From positions 1,240,001 to 1,304,000 of the forward strand of contig CATNEN010000032.1 of the NCBI GenBank assembly GCA_950097015.1: 64,000 bases of DNA, in the 5' to 3' direction. The notes under the pieces are model-generated. The model was not told the DNA's origin, did not search any database, and saw only the letters and a program-made list of their open reading frames with translations. Shown here in pieces: positions 39,501 through 50,500 of the stretch (the first letter of the stretch is position 1; each line of letters opens with the position of its first letter). This DNA comes from Macrostomum hystrix (lineage: Eukaryota > Animalia > Platyhelminthes). The translations under genes and the position numbers were made by a program.

Positions 39501-40816
39501 GCAGTCACCGATGTCCTCGCACTCGCCGATGTCCTCGCAGTCACCGATGTCCACCCAGTCACCGATGTCCTCCCAGTCACCGATATCGTCACAGTCGCCA
39601 ATGTCATCACAACCGCCGATGTCGCTTGAGTCGTCACCACCACCCACTTCGCCGTTGTCGTCGCAGTCGCCGATGACGCTAGAGTCGTCATCACCACCCA
39701 CTTCGCCGATGTCGTCTGAGTCACCGATGTCCTCGCAGTCGCCGATGTCCTCCCAGTCGCCAATGTCATCACAACCCCCGATGTCGACGCAGTCAACGGT
39801 GTCACAGTCGCCGATGTCCACGCAGTCGCTAATAATGTCATCACAGTCGCCAATGTCATCACAACCGCCGATGTCGTCGCAGTCGCCGATGTCATCACAG
39901 TCACCGATATCGTCGCAGTCACCGATGTCGCAAGAGTCGTCACCACCACCCATTTCGCCGATGTCGTCGCAGTCGCCGATGTCCTCCCAGTCACCGATGT
40001 CCTCGCAGTCACCGATGTCCTCGCAGTCGACGATGTCCTCGCAGTCACCGATGTCCACCCAGTCACCGATGTCCTCCCAGTCACCGATGTCGTCACAGTC
40101 GCCAATGTCATCACAACCGCCGATGTCGCTTGAGTCGTCACCACCACCCACTTCGCCGTTGTCGTCGCAGTCGCCGATGTCGCTAGAGTCGTCATCACCA
40201 CCCACTTCGCCGATGTCGTCGCAGTCGCCGATGTCGCTAGAGTCATCTCCACCATCCAGTTCTTCTATGTCTTCGTCTCCATCAGCTTCCCCGTTGTCGT
40301 CCAATTCGCCTCAGACAACCTCTTCGATGTCTACTGTAATGAACGTGACCACGAGTTCCGGCTCTAGACGCCGGCGGCGGGCCGCAGACTTTGTGAACGC
40401 TGTTGATGAGGCTGACGAAGTCGAATTTAACAATCGACTACTAGACGTTGCACTGCCGCGTCGATTTCGTCGATCGGCTGGTCCGACAATCGCGCTTAGC
40501 GATGTCGCTATCAGTGCCATTGTTGCGATGGCCAATATTTCAGTGTAAGTTTCCATAGCAACGCGTTAGCAACAATGTCATTCATTTATCGTCAAGTGTT
40601 CAATAGCTTCAAGGTGGCATTCTCACATTCCGCAGATACGTCAAGAGCGAGTTGCAGGCGGTCAATTTCACAGTGTCGGTGACCATCAGCTACTCCAGCG
40701 GCTCTGGCAACGGAGCCGAGGGCGTCGGCAATCTTGTTGGCGCCGTCAACTGCTGGCTGATCGCCGCGGCCGCAATTGCCCAGCACTGGATGCTGCCGCT
40801 GCTGCATCTGAACTGA
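36508..40816 (+). CDS. Probable GPI-anchored mucin-like surface protein (923 aa): signal peptide, Cys-rich N-terminal region, (SSQSPM)n domain, two furin sites, hydrophobic C-terminus
   Basis: Six exons (36508-36526, 36600-36767, 37628-37680, 37775-37881, 38301-40544, 40636-40816), all GT-AG and phase-consistent, totalling 2772 nt. N-terminus MLLLLFAAAAIRWQAVSG; RRRRR and RRFRR motifs after the repeat; C-terminus SSGSGNGAEGVGNLVGAVNCWLIAAAAIAQHWMLPLLHLN* with no cytoplasmic tail. Confidence 0.8.
36780..37565. repeat. 19-bp intronic minisatellite (CTGTAGCTGGAACTGTTGA)n
   Basis: Begins about 12 bp after the donor at 36768 and becomes more degenerate toward the 3' end. Confidence 0.93.
38668..40260 (+). 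repeat. Coding 18-bp repeat (TCGTCGCAGTCGCCGATG)n encoding SSQSPM
   Basis: About 50 near-perfect units followed by degenerate units. Variation is by substitution and frame-preserving change across ~1.6 kb, with no frameshift. Confidence 0.95.
40549..40562. promoter_or_regulatory. X-box-like motif GTTTCCATAGCAAC in the last mucin intron
   Basis: Matches the X-box consensus and overlaps the end of the GTAAGT donor. Confidence 0.35.
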
Positions 40817-41127
40817 GTATACTCATAGAGGCCTTTCAGCTTCCAGTGTGAGGCTCTGGGCTTTAAAAAACGAAAACAGATGGCAAAAAACACTTTCTTT
40901 TTTATTTGCCAGCTTACTACTTACCAACTATTGAACAGTAGCACAGTTGGAGTGCGACAAATATTTTTTCTTGTTCTGGCAATCATCTGTTAGAATTTCC
41001 TCTCGGAAAAAAAACTTTTATTTTTTAGCGGATTTATAAACACGTCAGAAACTATTTGTGAAATTCTTATTATCCAGTGTTTTTCTTTATTTTCCTTTTA
41101 TTATACCAATATATTGGTGTTGCTTAT

Positions 41128-44100
41128 TGATCAATTCAAGACAATAAACTAAAAGCAGCAAATTAACTATGCCACTCTTCAACATTTTCTGAATTGCTGC
41201 CTAAATCTTGCAGTAGCAAACTAAATGAAAGCACTTGCTTCAAGGTCTCAGAAAATCTCAGTGTGTGGGGTATGGAATCAGTTGTGTGTGGAATGGAATC
41301 AGTTGTGTGTGGGGTATGGAATCAGTTGTGTGTGGGGTATGGAATCAGTTGTGTGTGTGGTATGGAATCAGTTCTGTGTGGGGTATGGAATCAGTTGTGT
41401 GTGGAATGGAATCAGTTGTGTGTGTGGTATGGAATCAGTTGTGTGTGTGGTATGGAATCAGTTCTGTGTGGGGTATGGAATCAGTTGTGTGTGGAATGGA
41501 ATCAGTTGTGTGTGTGGTATGGAATCAGTTGTGTGTGTGGTATGGAATCAGTTGTGTGTGGGGTATGGAATCAGTTGTGTGTGGGGTATGGAATCAGTTG
41601 TGTGTGGGGTATGGAATCAGTTGTGTGTGGGGTATGGAATCAGTTGTGTGGGGGGTATGGAATCAGTTGTGTGTGTGGAATGGAATCAGTTGTGTGTGTG
41701 GAATGGAATCAGTTGTGTGTGGGGTATGGAATCAGTTGTGTGTGGGGTAAGGAATCAGTTGTGTGTGTGGAATGGAATCAGTTGTGTGTGTGGTATGGAA
41801 TCAGTTGTGTGTGGGGTAAGGAATCAGTTGTGTGTGTGGTATGGAATCAGTTGTGTGAGTGGTATGGAATCAGTTGTGAGTGTGGAATGGAATCAGTTGT
41901 GTGTGTGGTATGGAATCAGTTGTGTGTGTGGTATGGAATCAGTTGTGTGTGGGGGGAAAGGAATCAGTTGTGTGTGTGGAATGGAATCAGTTGTGTGTGG
42001 TATGGAATCAGTTGTGTGTGTGGTATGGAATCAGTTGTGTGTGTGGTATGGAATCAGTTGTGTGTGTGGTATGGAATCAGTTGTGTGTGTGGTATGGAAT
42101 CAGTTGTGTGTGTGGTATGGAATCAGTTGTGTGTGTGGTATGGAATCAGTTGTGTGTGGGGTATGGAATCAGTTGTGTGTGGGGTAAGGAATCAGTTGTG
42201 TGGGGGGTATGGAATCAGTTGTGTGTGTGGTATGGAATCAGTTGTGTGTGGGGTATGGAATCAGTTGTGTGTGTGGAATGGAATCAGTTGTGTGGGGGGT
42301 ATGGAATCAGTTGTGTGTGTGGTATGGAATCAGTTGTGTGTGTGGAATGGAATCAGTTGTGTGTGTGGAATGGAATCAGTTGTGTGTGGGGTATGGAATC
42401 AGTTGTGTGTGTGGTATGGAATCAGTTGTGTGTGTGGAATGGAATCAGTTGTGTGTGTGGAATGGAATCAGTTGTGTGTGTGGAATGGAATCAGTTGTGT
42501 GTGTGGAATGGAATCAGTTGTGTGTGGGGTATGGAATCAGTTGTGTGTGGGGTGATGGGAGTGTGTTCGCACTGAGTATGCAGTGATTGTACTCAGATTG
42601 TACCGAGATGTTTCTGCAATCATTTGAGCACCCAGTGACCCGTGAATCACAGCATCTAGTCAGCTAATTAGTGATCAATTCAAGACAATAAACTAAAAGC
42701 AGCAAATTAACTATGCCACTCTTCAACATTTTCTGAATTGCTGCCTAAATCTTGCAGTAGCAAACTAAATGAAAGCACTTGCTTCAAGGTCTCAGAAAAT
42801 CTCAGTGTGTGGGGTATGGAATCAGTTGTGTGTGGAATGGAATCAGTTTTGTGTGGAATGGAATCAGTTGTGTGTGGGGTATGGAATCAGTTGTGTGTGG
42901 AATGGAATCAGTTGTGTGTGGGGTATGGAATAAGTTGTGTGTGGGGTATGGAATCAGTTGTGTGTGTGGTATGGAATCAGTTCTGTGTGGGGTATGGAAT
43001 CAGTTGTGTGTGGAATGGAATCAGTTGTGTGTGTGGAATGGAATCAGTTGTGTGTGGGGTATGGAATCAGTTGTGTGTGTGGTATGGAATCAGTTGTGTG
43101 TGTGGAATGGAATCAGTTGTGTGTGTGGAATGGAATCAGTTGTGTGTGTGGAATGGAATCAGTTGTGTGTGTGGAATGGAATCAGTTGTGTGTGGGGTAT
43201 GGAATCAGTTGTGTGTGGGGTGATGGGAGTGTGTTCGCACTGAGTATGCAGTGATTGTACTCAGATTGTACCGAGATGTTTCTGCAATCATTTGAGCACC
43301 CAGTGACCCGTGAATCACAGCATCTAGTCAGCTAATTAGTGATCAATTCAAGACAATAAACTAAAAGCAGCAAATTAACTATGCCACTCTTCAACATTTT
43401 CTGAATTGCTGCCTAAATCTTGCAGTAGCAAACTAAATGAAAGCACTTGCTTCAAGGTCTCAGAAAATCTCAGTGTGTGGGGTATGGAATCAGTTGTGTG
43501 TGGAATGGAATCAGTTTTGTGTGGAATGGAATCAGTTGTGTGTGGGGTATGGAATCAGTTGTGTGTGGAATGGAATCAGTTGTGTGTGGGGTATGGAATA
43601 AGTTGTGTGTGGGGTATGGAATCAGTTGTGTGTGTGGTATGGAATCAGTTCTGTGTGGGGTATGGAATCAGTTGTGTGTGGAATGGAATCAGTTGTGTGT
43701 GTGGAATGGAATCAGTTGTGTGTGTGGTATGGAATCAGTTGTGTGTGGGGTATGGAATCAGTTGTGTGTGGGGTATGGAATCAGTTGTGTGTGGGGTATG
43801 GAATCAGTTGTGTGTGGGGTATGGAATCAGTTGTGTGGGGGGTATGGAATCAGTTGTGTGTGTGGAATGGAATCAGTTATGTGTGTGGAATGGAATCAGT
43901 TGTGTGTGGGGTATGGAATCAGTTGTGTGTGGGGTAAGGAATCAGTTGTGTGTGTGGAATGGAATCAGTTGTGTGTGTGGTATGGAATCAGTTGTGTGTG
44001 GTGTAAGGAATCAGTTGTGTGTGTGGTATGGAATCAGTTGTGTGAGTGGTATGGAATCAGTTGTGAGTGTGGAATGGAATCAGTTGTGTGTGTGGTATGG

Positions 44101-46080
44101 AATCAGTTGTGTGTGTGGTATGGAATCAGTTGTGTGTGGGGGGAAAGGAATCAGTTGTGTGTGTGGAATGGAATCAGTTGTGTGTGGTATGGAATCAGTT
44201 GTGTGTGTGGTATGGAATCAGTTGTGTGTGTGGTATGGAATCAGTTGTGTGTGTGGTATGGAATCAGTTGTGTGTGTGGTATGGAATCAGTTGTGTGTGT
44301 GGTATGGAATCAGTTGTGTGTGTGGTATGGAATCAGTTGTGTGTGTGGAATGGAATCAGTTTTGTGTGGAATGGAATCAGTTGTGTGTGGGGTATGGAAT
44401 CAGTTGTGTGTGGAATGGAATCAGTTGTGTGTGGGGTATGGAATAAGTTGTGTGTGGGGTATGGAATCAGTTGTGTGTGTGGTATGGAATCAGTTCTGTG
44501 TGGGGTATGGAATCAGTTGTGTGTGGAATGGAATCAGTTGTGTGTGTGGAATGGAATCAGTTGTGTGTGGGGTATGGAATCAGTTGTGTGTGTGGTATGG
44601 AATCAGTTGTGTGTGTGGAATGGAATCAGTTGTGTGTGTGGAATGGAATCAGTTGTGTGTGTGGAATGGAATCAGTTGTGTGTGTGGAATGGAATCAGTT
44701 GTGTGTGGGGTATGGAATCAGTTGTGTGTGGGGTGATGGGAGTGTGTTCGCACTGAGTATGCAGTGATTGTACTCAGATTGTACCGAGATGTTTCTGCAA
44801 TCATTTGAGCACCCAGTGACCCGTGAATCACAGCATCTAGTCAGCTAATTAGTGATCAATTCAAGACAATAAACTAAAAGCAGCAAATTAACTATGCCAC
44901 TCTTCAACATTTTCTGAATTGCTGCCTAAATCTTGCAGTAGCAAACTAAATGAAAGCACTTGCTTCAAGGTCTCAGAAAATCTCAGTGTGTGGGGTATGG
45001 AATCAGTTGTGTGTGGAATGGAATCAGTTTTGTGTGGAATGGAATCAGTTGTGTGTGGGGTATGGAATCAGTTGTGTGTGGAATGGAATCAGTTGTGTGT
45101 GGGGTATGGAATAAGTTGTGTGTGGGGTATGGAATCAGTTGTGTGTGTGGTATGGAATCAGTTCTGTGTGGGGTATGGAATCAGTTGTGTGTGGAATGGA
45201 ATCAGTTGTGTGTGTGGAATGGAATCAGTTGTGTGTGGGGAATGGAATCAGTTGTGTGTGTGGTATGGAATCAGTTGTGTGTGTGGAATGGAATCAGTTG
45301 TGTGTGTGGAATGGAATCAGTTGTGTGTGTGGAATGGAATCAGTTGTGTGTGTGGAATGGAATCAGTTGTGTGTGGGGTATGGAATCAGTTGTGTGTGGG
45401 GTGATGGGAGTGTGTTCGCACTGAGTATGCAGTGATTGTACTCAGATTGTACCGAGATGTTTCTGCAATCATTTGAGCACCCAGTGACCCGTGAATCACA
45501 GCATCTAGTCAGCTAATTAGTGATCAATTCAAGACAATAAACTAAAAGCAGCAAATTAACTATGCCACTCTTCAACATTTTCTGAATTGCTGCCTAAATC
45601 TTGCAGTAGCAAACTAAATGAAAGCACTTGCTTCAAGGTCTCAGAAAATCTCAGTGTGTGGGGTATGGAATCAGTTGTGTGTGGAATGGAATCAGTTTTG
45701 TGTGGAATGGAATCAGTTGTGTGTGGGGTATGGAATCAGTTGTGTGTGGAATGGAATCAGTTGTGTGTGGGGTATGGAATAAGTTGTGTGTGGGGTATGG
45801 AATCAGTTGTGTGTGTGGTATGGAATCAGTTCTGTGTGGGGTATGGAATCAGTTGTGTGTGGAATGGAATCAGTTGTGTGTGTGGAATGGAATCAGTTGT
45901 GTGTGTGGTATGGAATCAGTTGTGTGTGGGGTATGGAATCAGTTGTGTGTGGGGTGATGGGAGTATGTTCGCACTGAGTAGGCAGTGATTGTACTCAGAT
46001 TGTACCGAGATGTTTCTGCAATCATTTGAGCACCCAGTGACCCGTGAATCACAGCATCTAGTCAGCTAATTAGTGATCAC
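41128..46080. repeat. Nested higher-order repeat: five units, each a conserved ~250-bp unique segment plus a variable-length 21-23-bp (GGAATCAGTTGTGTGTGTGGTAT)n array
   Basis: Unit starts (GATCAATTCAAG) at 41129, 42673, 43341, 44854 and 45522; unit lengths 1544, 668, 1513, 668 and ~553 bp; the array begins and ends at TGATCA. Confidence 0.95.
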
Positions 46081-46544
46081 ATAATTATCAGGTTGGGTTT
46101 AACTGCAGGGATTTAGTCTGCATTTAGTGTGCATTTATAGCACGCGTCAGTTGGTTCGCATCGATCTGCCGCTAAACGAGTTTACCTAGGCAAATGGAAC
46201 GTGTTACCGTGTCATGCTTTTTCATGTGCTTATCAAGAATATATATTTGCTTTTGCCGAGAATGTCAATTTAACAAGCATTTTCTGTGACTAAAGCCAGC
46301 AAATAATTAATAATTTAGCCATAGGAACAGTGTAGTACAGTATCTCTGTACTTGCAGCATATGTGCTGGAGAGAGTGGGGGAATTCATACAGTTTGGCAT
46401 TCTCCTGCAGCCCACCCAAGCTGCCTCAAAGTAAACAATTGGAGGAACTGCTCAGAGCATCGCCTAAGATACTGCACTAGCGGACTTTGACTGACAACGG
46501 TCGTTTGAATTCGAGGTGTGAACTGCGCTGCACATGTCAGTTCC

Positions 46545-47030
46545 CAATATCCCACTGTCTATACTCACCGTCTGCTCAAACTGTATACTCCTACTGTCTA
46601 CTCCCACTGTCTACTCTGATTGTCTACCTTCACTGTCTACTCCCACTGTCTACTCCCACTGTCTACTCCACTGTCTACCCCGCTGTCTACCCCACTGTCT
46701 ACCCCGCTGTCTACTCCCATTGTCTACCTTCACTGTCTACTCCCATTGTCTACTCCCATTGTCTACTCCCACTGTCTACCCCGCTGTCTACTCCACTGTC
46801 TACCCCGCTGTCTACTCCCATTGTCTACTCCCACTGTCTACCCCGCTGTCTACTCCACTGTCTACCCCGCTGTCTACCCCACTGTCTACTACTGTCTACT
46901 CCAACTGTCTACTCCAACTGTCTACTCCCACTGTCTACTCCCACTGTCTACTCCCACTGTCTACTCCCACTGTCTACTCCAACTGTCTACTCCAACTGTC
47001 TACTCCAACTGTCTACTCCCACTGTCTATT
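46545..47030. repeat. 13-bp minisatellite (CTACTCCCACTGT)n
   Basis: Degenerate tandem copies; explains the YSHCL/LSTP ORFs. Confidence 0.9.
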
Positions 47031-47393
47031 ACCGTTGAGTCAGCACAGGGCAAGCCAAAGTCAGTGCACATTACCACACTTTTTCAACTAAAGCGCCCAC
47101 TGGGGAGATTTCTAGATTTATTCGCTTCGTGTGATTGCCTTTCAACAGCAGACTGGGCCGTGCGGCATCTTGATGGCTCCCTGCCTCGCCGCAGCTTGAG
47201 AGATGAAGAGCCAAGTTGGGAAATTGGATAAGCTTCATCAAGACGCATTGCAGTCTCCCTCCCTGCCTTCATAGCAAGTCGCAACCTGTTCGCCTTCTAG
47301 CTAGAAAGCTTTCATTTGCTCTTCATCCTCTGTCTTTCGTCCCTACTACGGACCTTCATAATTATTTATCATGTCTGTTTTTCACTGCGGCTT

Positions 47394-47523
47394 ATGAAAA
47401 CTGCGAGAGACAGTCGGTCTGCAATGGGTCCTCCTTTTTGCTGGCTGGTTGCCCTATCAGTTACAGTTTTTGCCCAGTTTGCGAGAGGTGGAAGTGCAGC
47501 AGTAGAAAATCGGGCGATATCTT
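47394..47523 (+). CDS. Candidate alternative signal-peptide first exon of the LEV-9-like gene
   Basis: MKTARDSRSAMGPPFCWLVALSVTVFAQFARGGSAAVENRAIS ends at a consensus phase-1 GTAAGT donor (47524), compatible with the phase-1 acceptor at 52880. Confidence 0.4.
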
Positions 47524-47574
47524 GTAAGTACAAGGGGAAAACATGATTATGGATACATTTATTACAAAACAATT

Positions 47575-50500
47575 ATGCTCCTTGTACGATTCTGGCCACT
47601 GTTCCTGGTACGATTCTGGCTACTGTTCCTTGTACGATTCTGGCTACTGTTCCTTGTACGATTCTGGCTACTGTTCCTTGTACGATTCTGGTTACTGTTG
47701 CTGGTACGATTCTGGCTACTGATCCTTGTACGATTCTGGCTACTGTTCCTGGTACGATTCTGGCTACTGTTCCTTGTACGATTCTAGCTACTGTTGCTGG
47801 TACGATTCTGGCTACTGTTCCTTGTACGATTCTGGCTACTGTTCCTGGTACGATTCTGGCTACTGTTCCTTGTACGATTCTAGCTACTGTTGCTGGTACG
47901 ATTCTGGCTACTGTTCCTTGTACGATTCTGGTTACTGTTCCTTGTACGATTCTGGCTACTGTTCCTTGTACGATTCTGGCTACTGTTCCTTGTACGATTC
48001 TGGCTACTGTTCCTGGTACGATTCTGGCTACTGTTCCTGGTACGATTCTGGCTACTGTTCCTGGTACGATTCTGGCTACTGTTCCTGGTACGATTCTGGC
48101 TACTGTTCCTGGTACGATTCTGGCTACTGTTCCTGGTACGATTCTGGCTACTGTTCCTTGTACGATTCTAGCTACTGTTGCTGGTACGATTCTGGCTACT
48201 GTTCCTTGTACGATTCTAGCTACTGTTGCTGGTACGATTCTGGCTACTGTTCCTTGTACGATTCTGGTTACTGTTCCTTGTACGATTCTGGTTACTGTTG
48301 CTGGTACGATTCTGGCTACTGTTCCTTGTACGATTCTGGCTACTGTTCCTGGTACGATTCTGGCTACTGTTCCTTGTACGATTCTGGCTACTGTTCCTTG
48401 TACGATTCTGGCCACTGTTCCTTGTACGATTCTGGCTACTGTTCCTTGTACGATTCTGGCTACTGTTCCTTGTACGATTCTGGCTACTGTTCCTTGTACG
48501 ATTCTGGCTACTGTTCCTGGTACGATTCTGGCTACTGTTCCTTGTACGATTCTGGCTACTGTTCCTTGTACGATTCTGGTTACTGTTCCTGGTACGATTC
48601 TGGCTACTGTTCCTTGTATGATTCTGGCTACTGTTCCTGGTACGATTCTGGCTACTGTTCCTTGTACGATTCTGGCTACTGTTCCTTGTACGATTCTGGC
48701 TACTGTTCCTGGTACGATTCTGGCTACTGTTCCTTGTACGATTCTAGCTACTGTTGCTGGTACGATTCTGGCTACTGTTCCTTGTACGATTCTAGCTACT
48801 GTTGCTGGTACGATTCTGGCTACTGTTCCTTGTACGATTCTGGTTACTGTTCCTTGTACGATTCTGGCTACTGTTCCTTGTACGATTCTGGCTACTGTTC
48901 CTGGTACGATTCTGGCTACTGTTCCTTGTACGATTCTGGCTACTGTTCCTTGTACGATTCTGGTTACGTTTCCTTGTACGATTCTGGCTACTGTTCCTGG
49001 TACGATTCTGGCTACTGTTCCTGGTACGATTCTGGCTACTGTTCCTGGTACGATTCTGGCTACTGTTCCTGGTACGATTCTGGCTACTGTTCCTGGTACG
49101 ATTCTGGCTACTGTTCCTGGTACGATTCTGGCTACTGTTCCTTGTACGATTCTGGCTACTGTTCCTTGTACGATTCTGGCTACTGTTCCTGGTACGATTC
49201 TGGCTACTGTTCCTGGTACGATCTGGCTACTGTTCCTTGTACGATTCTGGCTACTGTTCCTGGTACGATTCTGGCTACTGTTCCTGGTACGATTCTGGCT
49301 ACTGTTCCTTGTACGATTCTGGCTACTGTTCCTTGTACGATTCTGGCTACTGTTCCTGTACGATTCTGGTTACTGTTGCTTGGTACGATTCTGGCTACTG
49401 TTCCTGGTACGATTCTGGCTACTGTTCCTGGTACGATTCTGGCTACTGTTCCTTGTACGATTCTGGCTACTGTTCCTTGTACGATTCTGGCTACTGTTCC
49501 TTGTACGATTCTGGCTACTGTTCCTGGTACGATTCTGGCTACTGTTCCTGGTACGATTCTGGCTACTGTTCCTGGTACGATTCTGGCTACTGTTCCTGGT
49601 ACGATTCTGGCTTACTGTTCCTTGTACGATTCTGGCTACTGTTCCTGGTACGATTCTGGCTACTGTTCCTTGTACGATTCTGGCTACTGTTCCTGGTACG
49701 ATTCTGGCTACTGTTCCTTGTACGATTCTGGCTACTGTTCCTGGTACGATTCTGGCTACTGTTCCTGGTACGATTCTGGCTACTGTTCCTTGGTACGATT
49801 CTGGCTACTGTTCCTTGTACGATTCTGGCTACTGTTCCTTGTACGATTCTAGGCTACTGTTGCCTGTACGATTCTGGCTACTGTTCCTTGTACGATTCTG
49901 GCTACTGTTCCTGTACGATTCTGGCTACTGTTCCTGGTACGATTCTGGCTTACTGTTCCTTGTACGATTCTGGCTACTGTTCCTTGTACGATTCTGGCTA
50001 CTGTTCCTGGTACGATTCTGGCTACTGTTCCTTGTACGATTCTGGCTACTGTTCCTTGTACGATTCTGGTTACTGTTCCTTGTACGATTCTGGCTACTGT
50101 TCCTTGTACGATTCTGGCTACTGTTCCTGGTACGATTCTGGCTACTGTTCCTTGTACGATTCTGGCTACTGTTCCTGGTACGATTCTGGCTACTGTTCCT
50201 GGTACGATTCTGGCTACTGTTCCTGGTACGATTCTGGCTACTGTTCCTTGTACGATTCTGGCTACTGTTCCTGGTACGATTCTGGCTACTGTTCCTGGTA
50301 CGATTCTGGCTACTGTTCCTGGTACGATTCTGCTACTGTTCCTTGTACGATTCTGGTTACTGTTCCTGTACGATTCTGGCTACTGTTCCTGTACAGCATT
50401 CTGGCTACTGTTCCTGGTACGATTCTGGCTACTGTTCCTGGTACGATTCTGGCTACTGTTCCTTGTACGATTCTGGCTACTGTTCCTTGTACGATTCTGG

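Noticed and set aside
38427-40304. Antisense (DDIGDC)n ORF and other frames over the mucin repeat
   Set aside because: Only the SSQSPM frame is connected to spliced flanking exons with a signal peptide and a C-terminal anchor; the others are shadows of a stop-free 18-mer.
42640-42680. CTAG|TC junction as proof of a tandem Helitron
   Set aside because: The outer boundaries of the array fall at TGATCA rather than at this junction, and no GC-rich hairpin sits ~11 bp before the CTAG; kept only as a hypothesis.
41194-45988. Cys/Trp/Val-rich ORFs (CVWNGIS...) and a possible CRISPR array
   Set aside because: The ORFs are GT-rich minisatellite read-throughs. The long segments are identical rather than unique spacers, there are no cas genes, and the DNA is eukaryotic.
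46358-46430. Sushi-like fragment ICAGESGGIHTVWHSPAAHPSCLK between an AG and a GT
   Set aside because: No compatible neighbouring exons were found, and it lies upstream of both signal-peptide exons; may be chance.
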